From positions 62,001 through 126,000 of the IMG/VR virus record IMGVR_UViG_3300046513_000348: 64,000 bases of DNA; one strand, 5' to 3'. This document shows, piece by piece, positions 9,217-16,363 of the stretch (positions within the stretch are counted from its first letter, which is position 1; each line of letters begins with the position of its first letter). The notes under the pieces are model-generated. The model was not told where the DNA came from and made no database searches. It saw only the letters and a list, made by a program, of their open reading frames with translations. A program made the translations under genes and the position numbers.

Positions 9217-9408
9217 TTACTTGACGATCTTACTGATGATCGTGGGCGTGTGTGCTGCAGTGCTGACGACGGCGTCAGCGAATGGCGCGAGCAGGAAGAC
9301 CGTGATTACGGCCATGCAGATCCAGTTCTGGCGACGTTCTTCTTTCGGATCGTTCTTCAGGAATGCTTTCTGGTTTTTGTCTTCGGCGTACCATGCGAAT
9401 TTGCTCAT
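9217..9408 (-). CDS. Small membrane protein
   Basis: 63 aa with hydrophobic WICMAVITVFLLAPFA; ATGA overlap with the upstream gene. Confidence 0.65.
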   Translation of the reverse strand: MSKFAWYAEDKNQKAFLKNDPKEERRQNWICMAVITVFLLAPFADAVVSTAAHTPTIISKIVK

Positions 9409-9593
9409 TTCTTTTTCCTCTTCTTAAATACCGTCTTCTTGACGGGTGTTTCAATTTTAGGCGGTGGTGTAATCCGACGGCGAATACCGTTCACGATTTC
9501 AAAGGCGACAAGGATAGTTCTCAGATTACCGTCCTTGTCGCGTTCCACCATTTTGGTGTGTACGACTTTATTGCTTGGCTTGCTTTTGTCCAT
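9405..9593 (-). CDS. Small basic hypothetical protein
   Basis: 62 aa, KKRKKK tail, overlaps both neighbours. Confidence 0.6.
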   Translation of the reverse strand: MDKSKPSNKVVHTKMVERDKDGNLRTILVAFEIVNGIRRRITPPPKIETPVKKTVFKKRKKK

Positions 9594-10215
9594 CCTCGTT
9601 ATCTTCGAAGTCGATGAGGAACGACTGGCCGTCGAGTACGACGCGAGTTATCGGAAAGCCAGGAAAGACTTCGGCCGATACGGAACAGTAGCCGGGGAAA
9701 TCTTTGATCATCTCGAACTCTCCTTTTGGTTTGAGCCAGAGGAGTCGAAAAAAAGTGTCACACTTCGTTCCCTGCCTCCCAGAGATCAGGAGCAGAGGAT
9801 TGCCTTGGAGCCGGCCCGACCATCGGATGCTCACTTCGTCGAAGGCTTCGTGCAGTTCTGCACTATGACCATCGTAGAGCGTGTACCATTTCTTCTGGTC
9901 GAGATCCTTGACGATCTTGACGCCCTCGGCCTGTGCTTTGACTTCCGGCGCTGCCTGAGCGGCGTTGGCAAAGGCCCACGCGAAGATGACGACGATCGCG
10001 ATGACCCAGTACTTCCATTCGTTACGAACGTAGCTGCAGGTAGCTGCCATGATTGCCTCCAATTTACTGCGTTTGGAAATCCGCCCGTTCTTGTCGAACA
10101 GGTGGTCATTGCGCCGCCGAGCATAGCCGATCTCAGCAAGAGCATTCCGGACGAGAATCTCTTTCTCTTCGACAGAAGAGATCTCGCGCATGTCTGCGTA
10201 AATGATGTTGTTCAT
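9568..10215 (-). CDS. Membrane-anchored protein with a probable periplasmic C-terminal domain
   Basis: Internal TM/signal segment WVIAIVVIFAWAFANAAQA, two C-terminal Cys; start set at 10215 from GGAG spacing. Confidence 0.7.
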   Translation of the reverse strand: MNNIIYADMREISSVEEKEILVRNALAEIGYARRRNDHLFDKNGRISKRSKLEAIMAATCSYVRNEWKYWVIAIVVIFAWAFANAAQAAPEVKAQAEGVKIVKDLDQKKWYTLYDGHSAELHEAFDEVSIRWSGRLQGNPLLLISGRQGTKCDTFFRLLWLKPKGEFEMIKDFPGYCSVSAEVFPGFPITRVVLDGQSFLIDFEDNEDGQKQAKQ

Positions 10216-10263
10216 GTTAAACTCCATTGTAAAAAGTTTGCACTGTTCAGAGCATCTCGCTCT

Positions 10264-10914
10264 TTATTCCCAGTTGATTCGGGCGTCAAGCATAGCCATT
10301 ACGGCTGGCGCCATTTCCTTCGGGAGCCTTTCGGTCATCTCGGTCGCACGGTCCTTGATGTATTCGAGCGTCTCGACGCGTTCTTCGTTCGATCCCAGAA
10401 CGGCCGCTGCGAAATTGTCGGCTTCGACTTCGCGATCGTTGTAGCCTTTGGTGCCGAACGGCGGCGCGTCCACCATGGCGCAGTGATCCAGTTCATGATG
10501 GCCGAGTTCGTGAGCGAGGATAAAGGCCAGGCGTTTCGAATGCTTTTCTTGGAAGAGCTTCGAGGTCACCACGATGGCTTTCACCGTTTTCTCTTCGTCG
10601 AACGTATGGTCGAGCATGAAGAGATGGATCTTCGAACCGGAGTTTTCGTACGACACGACGAGTTCATCGCGACGATACACAATCGCTGCGCCTCCTCCGC
10701 ATGCGTCAATTATGTCGGCAAGTACTTGTACGCCAGGATCTTTGTCCGCCTGATCGATCTTGATGAAGAAGTAACTACCACTCAGCGCGATCGAGTTGGT
10801 ATTCAAGTCGGCAATGATCGAGTTGATTTTATCTTTATTCCAGAATGCATTCATGTTATTCTCCGTAAATTTTGGCAGGTCAAAAAGACCTATTTTAAAA
10901 GGTCGGATAATCAT
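10264..10914 (-). CDS. Zinc metallopeptidase-like protein (HExxH, M48/ImmA-like)
   Basis: FILAHELGHHELDH and REVEADNFAA. Confidence 0.8.
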   Translation of the reverse strand: MIIRPFKIGLFDLPKFTENNMNAFWNKDKINSIIADLNTNSIALSGSYFFIKIDQADKDPGVQVLADIIDACGGGAAIVYRRDELVVSYENSGSKIHLFMLDHTFDEEKTVKAIVVTSKLFQEKHSKRLAFILAHELGHHELDHCAMVDAPPFGTKGYNDREVEADNFAAAVLGSNEERVETLEYIKDRATEMTERLPKEMAPAVMAMLDARINWE

Positions 10915-10934
10915 TACTGACTATCTTCACGGGA

Positions 10935-10961
10935 ACTATATATGTCTGAAATTCTTTATAG
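10935..10961 (-). promoter_or_regulatory. Putative early promoter
   Basis: ctataaagaatttcagacatatatagt; shares the 12-mer TCAGACATATAT with 50155-50166. Confidence 0.6.
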
Positions 10962-10976
10962 TTGAGTTTACTCGAG

Positions 10977-11009
10977 CATAAAACTAGGGTGAGTTTTACC
11001 CCACCCTAG
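10977..11009 (-). terminator. Hairpin plus TTTTATGC
   Basis: ctagggtg...caccctag directly after the AAA ATPase stop codon. Confidence 0.7.
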
Positions 11010-11014
11010 ATCAT

Positions 11015-12334
11015 TTATTCAGGCAATGGCATGCGGGAGATGTGACGAGAATGTACGTCGGCCAGGAAAGCGATCGGATTATCCGGGTTTTCCTTGAATG
11101 CGTTTTCCACCTCGCAGCCAGGCAGGCGGATTGTATTCTTCGACAGCAAAGACATGCAGCGAATATGATGCTCTTCGGAAATGTTGTCATACATCTGTTC
11201 GATGTATTCGAAGATTTCCACCGAGGTCAATTCGTCGATGAGGTATTCGTTGTCGATACGCGACTTGCGACGAACGGCGGGATCCAGATCTTCAGGATGA
11301 TTGGTAGTCATGATGATGATCAAGTTGTCCAGACCAACCACGCCGTCGAACGCATTCAGCAAGCCCGACATGGTAAGACCGCCGCCAGTCAAAGCTTCTG
11401 CCGCAATGGATGCCGCATCTTTCTCTTTGTCTTGCTTACGTTTACGAACTGCGCTGCCTGCCTGGTCCACATCTTCCAGCAAGAGGAACGAACCTGGGCG
11501 AATGTTTGCCAGAGCAGCCATCAGCGTTTCGTTGGTCATGGCGGACAGATCCATGACGTAGATGTCCCGGCGGAAATGCATTGCCAGCAAACGCGACAGC
11601 GTAGTCTTGCCAGTACCAGGCGGCCCGTAGAAAAGGAAAGAAGATTTGTAGGTCAAACCTTTGCGACGGTACCAGTCACGATTCTCGATGAAGTGCTGGA
11701 TCTTCCCAATGATGTCGTTCTTCTGCTCACGGTTCATGCAGAACGTCGAAATGTCCCGCGGAGCTACCTGGCAGATTTCCTTCCAGCCATCGCGACCACC
11801 CACACCGTGCACACTGATCGTGTCAGTCTTGGCCTTCTTCGAATTGAACAGGTTAGTCAGGCGTTCGAATACCGTGTTGTTCAAACCGAAGGTACGAATC
11901 GTGATCTCTTCCTTCTCACGTTCAGCGCCAGACGAATCGAGCTTGCGTTTCGTGAACCAGAACAGACGACGTTCGTAGAAGAAGAAGTGATAGCCGAAAC
12001 CAATGCCCAGGCGATAAGGCGAATAGTTCTCTTCAGCAAACAGATCTTCGCGCCATTGACGGAACATAAAGAAGTTGCGACTGAACCGTTTGTAGCCCGA
12101 CTGCATGAACCACTTGTCGAACAAAGTGTATGCATCGATGTTACCATCGTAACCTGCATTGTTCAGGCTCATCGTCACGGTCGTGAAGCGAATGAACGCA
12201 TCCCAGATACGAGATGGCAGATTCTTCAGATAGAACATCAAACCACCGATCAGTGGGATTGCGATCGTTGCGACCAGTGGGTTAGCTCTGGTGATTTCGT
12301 TGTAGTGGCTGATGATCGAAGTGATCCAGTCCAT
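11015..12334 (-). CDS. Bcs1-like membrane-anchored AAA+ ATPase
   Basis: N-terminal TM segment, BCS1_N-like GFGYHFFFY...EEITIRTFG, WYRRKGLTYK, Walker A GPPGTGKT, Walker B LLLEDVD, LTMSGLLNAFDGV, MTTNHPEDLDPA..R..RID. Confidence 0.88.
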   Translation of the reverse strand: MDWITSIISHYNEITRANPLVATIAIPLIGGLMFYLKNLPSRIWDAFIRFTTVTMSLNNAGYDGNIDAYTLFDKWFMQSGYKRFSRNFFMFRQWREDLFAEENYSPYRLGIGFGYHFFFYERRLFWFTKRKLDSSGAEREKEEITIRTFGLNNTVFERLTNLFNSKKAKTDTISVHGVGGRDGWKEICQVAPRDISTFCMNREQKNDIIGKIQHFIENRDWYRRKGLTYKSSFLFYGPPGTGKTTLSRLLAMHFRRDIYVMDLSAMTNETLMAALANIRPGSFLLLEDVDQAGSAVRKRKQDKEKDAASIAAEALTGGGLTMSGLLNAFDGVVGLDNLIIIMTTNHPEDLDPAVRRKSRIDNEYLIDELTSVEIFEYIEQMYDNISEEHHIRCMSLLSKNTIRLPGCEVENAFKENPDNPIAFLADVHSRHISRMPLPE

Positions 12335-12391
12335 TTGAAACTCCTAAAGGGTTGACTAGATTAGAAATCTGACAAACAGAAAAATACCTAA

Positions 12392-12415
12392 CCATCCTGC
12401 CGTGAGGCAGGATGG
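12392..12415 (-). terminator. Hairpin, family 2
   Basis: ccatcctgcc-gtga-ggcaggatgg. Confidence 0.7.
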
Positions 12416-12419
12416 AGGA

Positions 12420-13010
12420 TCAACGGAGTTTCGATAGATCAAGGTAAAACGACATTGCACGGTAGGGTTTCGGGAAGTACAACTTCGCCTTACCCAGATA
12501 GTGGCCAGGACTATCGTTGCCAATCAGACGGGAGAATACGGCGACCTCGATGATTGCCGAAGTGTCGTTCAGTTCAGCACGGCTGATCGTTCCCTTGAAA
12601 ACGTAGAGATGTAACCGCTCTGCGACTTTCGAAGCATTGAGGTTTCCAACATCTTCCTTAGCCAGGTTTTCGTAATTGATGCAGTCCAGTGCCATCGGCG
12701 CATGCCAGCCCGGAGTCGTCTTGGCGAAGTAAAACACGATCTCGCGATCTTCCGCCAGGGAAAAACTCATGCCAGGGACCCATCTTTTCGGCTCATGACC
12801 CACGATGTTCGTCAGACGTCCTAACGGGGGATTGTACAGGTCGTATTCGTTTACAGGCGCTACAAGCTCTTTTTGTTGTTCTGAGCTGCGCTGTTGTGTC
12901 CGAGGTGTCCGGAGCGCTGCCACGAGGCTCTGAGGACTTGCCAGGGGCATTCCTGCCTCCTCATCACGCTCCCCGCTCGCTGCGCGCTTGCGATCTACGA
13001 AAGTTTTCAT
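12420..13010 (-). CDS. Hypothetical protein
   Basis: 196 aa, GGAG Shine-Dalgarno. Confidence 0.7.
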   Translation of the reverse strand: MKTFVDRKRAASGERDEEAGMPLASPQSLVAALRTPRTQQRSSEQQKELVAPVNEYDLYNPPLGRLTNIVGHEPKRWVPGMSFSLAEDREIVFYFAKTTPGWHAPMALDCINYENLAKEDVGNLNASKVAERLHLYVFKGTISRAELNDTSAIIEVAVFSRLIGNDSPGHYLGKAKLYFPKPYRAMSFYLDLSKLR

Positions 13011-13022
13011 TTTTTTACTCCA

Positions 13023-13324
13023 TGACTTTTATTCAAAAGATCAAAAGTCAAATAGGATAAAACACCAAGACCACCTTTCGGCGGCCTTGGGTTTCGGGAT
13101 TGGGGATTATCAAGCATGTTGTATCCCTCTGTACGAGAGGGATACTAACTTCTTTTTTACACAAAGCGAGTAGCTTTGTCATTTCTTTGTTTTTGAAAAA
13201 AAGACTTCTTTCTTATTAATATAAATACGTTAGTATTTATATTCATTATAATACTAAGAATAATAAAGTCTCGCACTATATCAAAGTAGGCAATAATAAA
13301 TAACATAAACACCGTAGACGGTGT
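13023..13324. other. AT-rich divergent intergenic region with at least six inverted repeats
   Basis: Stems at 13023-50, 13060-94, 13121-45, 13161-79, 13202-71 (apical 13218-43) and 13309-24. Confidence 0.7.
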
Positions 13325-13406
13325 CGAGTTTCTTTCGCGGTAAAATTTTCGGAAAACGCAGATCTTCTGACCTTGAATCCACCATACTTTTCGAGAGGAC
13401 ATACAG

Positions 13407-14054
13407 ATGGGTTTGGTAGCCACCATGCGCGACGTGCAAACCAGCACGAAGCCCGAAGAACTGAATCGATACAATCCGGAACGGCCGATCATGGTCGATG
13501 GCAGTCTGAGCGAACTCGTGACTCACGCTCTGAACATCGCCTATTCCAAACGCAGCATGACTACGGGTGATCCGTTTTACGGCAATCCCAATCCGACTGG
13601 CAATCCTGCGCCAGGTGCTGGCTTCGTGCCGAACATTCAAGCACCGGATGCGAACCGTACCGAAAAGGTCGTTCGTCCGACGCTCGAAGGCATGCAGATG
13701 CACCAGGAAGAAGCCGAGCACGTTGCCGCTGCTCTGTCCACGGTGCTGAACGCCAAGGACAAAGATGCGACTTCGTATCTGGCCCAGGAACCACTGGTCG
13801 TGTACGCCCTGCCAGCCGACGGCATGGTGAGCGAAGAAATGAATGCCGACATCGACATGTATGCTGAAAGCGGCGCGGTCGACATCGGTGATTTCGTCTT
13901 CGTCTTCTCCGACAACAACGATCCGACGATCGCTCAAGACTATCGTCCGGTCGACCTGAACCAGCGCGTCAAGGATTACGAAGGCAAAGGAGCCCGGGTC
14001 TACAAAGACCTGCAGTCGTTCCTGATTGCGCTGCCAGATTTGCGTCGTAAGTAA
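13407..14054 (+). CDS. Conserved phiKZ-like protein, probable head protein
   Basis: 215 aa, DGSLSELVTHALNIAYSK motif, possible protease site TLE/G; GAGGA Shine-Dalgarno. Confidence 0.7.
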   Translation: MGLVATMRDVQTSTKPEELNRYNPERPIMVDGSLSELVTHALNIAYSKRSMTTGDPFYGNPNPTGNPAPGAGFVPNIQAPDANRTEKVVRPTLEGMQMHQEEAEHVAAALSTVLNAKDKDATSYLAQEPLVVYALPADGMVSEEMNADIDMYAESGAVDIGDFVFVFSDNNDPTIAQDYRPVDLNQRVKDYEGKGARVYKDLQSFLIALPDLRRK

Positions 14055-14060
14055 TCCGCC

Positions 14061-15308
14061 ATGCCTGGTCAGATTAAAGCTGTGATGGATCAGGAGTTCA
14101 GTCATCTTCCGATCGACAAGAAACTCTTGGATCGCATCCTGAAATACGAACGCGATTTCATTAACAAAAACGAAGACCACATCACCTTCTTCGGTGGCCA
14201 CCTGATGGGTGTGCAAGTGGTTCGCTTCGATCCGCGTGATCGTGCTTACTGGTTCGACGACGTTCTCGAGATCAACGAGTCCTCGCTCCAGGAAGTTCTG
14301 TACGCACTGAAAAGCGAAGAACACAAAAACGAACCACTGATCGACCCAGAGTTCAATGTCCGCAGTGACGTGATGAACATCACTTGTGGCTACCTGGTCC
14401 ATCGGTTCATGAACGCAACTCACCTCCCACTCGACAAACGGGAACAAGGTGCAGAAGCAGTCATCCGCATTATGCTCTACAAGTTCCTGACCTCGCTGCT
14501 CTGGAACTACTTCAAATACCCGGCCAATCCACAAGTGGCAGAAGCGACCTACAATGCTCTGTCGCTGAAGTTCGGCCTGAAGAAAAACGGCAATTGGAAG
14601 AAGTATCTGGACGAGCGTGCTCACCTGACATTGGCCAAGGGTTCGATTCACCACAAGACCCTGGTCGACATGCGTGATGATGAAGCTTTCCTGTACTTCA
14701 TCGGCGATACCCAAGGTCGTGTGCGCGGTACGGTGAAATCCATCTACGCAATCTTCGACCGCATGAACAAAGCAGGCGTTCGCATCATTTCTTCGTCTTC
14801 AGTGATGGAGTACGATGGCGAATTGATTCTGAAGGACAAGTCTCGAACTTACCAGGCCGAGATCCGTTACATTGCCGACATCATCGGTGACCGTGGTTCC
14901 TTCGTCAAACCTGAACTCCTGCGCATCATCGAGAAATCGGTTCCGACAGCCAATCCGACGATGCTGATCAAAACGCTGAACTGGATGTCCGACAATGCTG
15001 GTTACGGCAAAGACGATATCGTTAATCAACTGACGATGAAAACAGTCATCTATTCTTTCAACTACCTGACCCGCAATCCAGGTCTCGTTAAAGGTCGCCG
15101 TGACATCTCTGGTGTTCTGGTGAGTCTGCGTGGCTCCTTCACTGCTTCCCGTGCTTCGGATGAAGATCTGATGGAACTTCGCGAGATGGCTGAGAAAGTG
15201 GCAGGCTTCGCAACGGGATCCAAAAATGAAACGGTTCTGAAAGCAATTCGTACGGCAGTGCTGTTGTACATCATCGGCCGCATCATGTCGAAAGACTACT
15301 ACAGCTGA
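14061..15308 (+). CDS. Conserved phiKZ-like protein, probable virion structural protein
   Basis: 415 aa, KNEDHITFFGGHLMGV; located next to the terminase block. Confidence 0.7.
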   Translation: MPGQIKAVMDQEFSHLPIDKKLLDRILKYERDFINKNEDHITFFGGHLMGVQVVRFDPRDRAYWFDDVLEINESSLQEVLYALKSEEHKNEPLIDPEFNVRSDVMNITCGYLVHRFMNATHLPLDKREQGAEAVIRIMLYKFLTSLLWNYFKYPANPQVAEATYNALSLKFGLKKNGNWKKYLDERAHLTLAKGSIHHKTLVDMRDDEAFLYFIGDTQGRVRGTVKSIYAIFDRMNKAGVRIISSSSVMEYDGELILKDKSRTYQAEIRYIADIIGDRGSFVKPELLRIIEKSVPTANPTMLIKTLNWMSDNAGYGKDDIVNQLTMKTVIYSFNYLTRNPGLVKGRRDISGVLVSLRGSFTASRASDEDLMELREMAEKVAGFATGSKNETVLKAIRTAVLLYIIGRIMSKDYYS

Positions 15309-15310
15309 TC

Positions 15311-15745
15311 ATGATCCTCACGCGCTCGTCTGATCTGCCAAGTGGCGGACTTCATGATTTTAAGGGACAGTACCTGGCATTGCTGGAGGAGGCAAACTCC
15401 GAACAGTTCTTCTACGGTACTCCCTTGGACCCAAAAGCTTTCCGTCAGGTAATCTTGCATGGCGGAAACGTAGTAGGCGCATTCGAATACGGCACGACTG
15501 AGTTCGAAGGACGCAACTACTACCGGACCAATCGTCCGTACACCAGGAAAGAGTTTCGTGGTCAAGGCCACATGCGTGAAGCACTGGAATTCTGGTACGT
15601 CCACCGACGTCCTGCTCTGAGCTGGATCGATGATGAGAACGTCTCGTCGATTCGCCTCTTCCAGTCCCTGGGCTTCCGCATCGGACGTTCGTACTTCCAC
15701 AAAAACAAAGACGGTCACTTCTACATCTTGACACACGATGCGTGA
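15311..15745 (+). CDS. GNAT-family acetyltransferase
   Basis: Motif A EFRGQGHMREAL and motif B NVSSIRLFQSLGF. Confidence 0.85.
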   Translation: MILTRSSDLPSGGLHDFKGQYLALLEEANSEQFFYGTPLDPKAFRQVILHGGNVVGAFEYGTTEFEGRNYYRTNRPYTRKEFRGQGHMREALEFWYVHRRPALSWIDDENVSSIRLFQSLGFRIGRSYFHKNKDGHFYILTHDA

Positions 15746-16310
15746 CATTCCGCCTCTCTACCACATCTCGTTCAATCGTAAGCTGCCTTTAACTCTGGTT
15801 CCTCGTGAGCCCTGGGGATCTGAGTTGCAGCCTGACGAGAACACTCCACAAGACATTCCAACCGATCCGGATGCATGGATCTTCGCAGAGTTTAGGACTC
15901 CTCGAGTTTCTTTCTCGCCGACTCTCCTGCACTGCGTTCAGGCGGTATACCCAAACACCCACCACATTTTCGAAGACCCTCGTGGTATTAAGGAAGGTGT
16001 TGAGTTTGCGGTCTATCGTTACGACCCTCGTTCCCGCGCCAGGATCATGTTCCCTGAAGACTTGTCCAAGCAAAGAGCGGTCTGGGACGCACACGTCACT
16101 CAGGAACATTGTTTCCTCGACCCTGTTCAAATTTACTATTGCGGCAGCATCATTGCCCGATTGCAAAATGGTGTCAGGGGGTTTGATGTTATTCCATTTA
16201 ACGATAAGTCCATGAAGCCGATTAATTCGAAAGTACCAACTGCCGATGATATCGTCTTCAAACAAAGCGTACGCTTGCGCGGGGACAAATACCAGCTGAA
16301 GTTTTTCTGA
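15738..16310 (+). CDS. Hypothetical protein with a possible ADP-ribosyltransferase-like fold
   Basis: LYHIS...PRVSFS...DAHVTQEH pattern; 8-nt overlap with the GNAT gene. Confidence 0.55.
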   Translation: MRDIPPLYHISFNRKLPLTLVPREPWGSELQPDENTPQDIPTDPDAWIFAEFRTPRVSFSPTLLHCVQAVYPNTHHIFEDPRGIKEGVEFAVYRYDPRSRARIMFPEDLSKQRAVWDAHVTQEHCFLDPVQIYYCGSIIARLQNGVRGFDVIPFNDKSMKPINSKVPTADDIVFKQSVRLRGDKYQLKFF

Positions 16311-16312
16311 CG

Positions 16313-16356
16313 GCATATACTCCTACTCCTGGCTTGCGCCAGGAGTAGGAGTATGC
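16313..16356. terminator. Bidirectional hairpin, family 1, TATG on both sides
   Basis: atactcctactcctggc-ttgc-gccaggagtaggagtat flanked by GCATA and TATGC. Confidence 0.85.
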
Positions 16357-16363
16357 TTTTGTT

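Noticed and set aside
13247-13252. TATAAT as a sigma70 promoter
   Set aside because: No -35 element at the proper spacing; expected by chance in an AT-rich tract
13157-13492. 111-aa minus-strand ORF across the AT-rich spacer
   Set aside because: Atypical composition, overlaps a real plus-strand gene and runs through several hairpins
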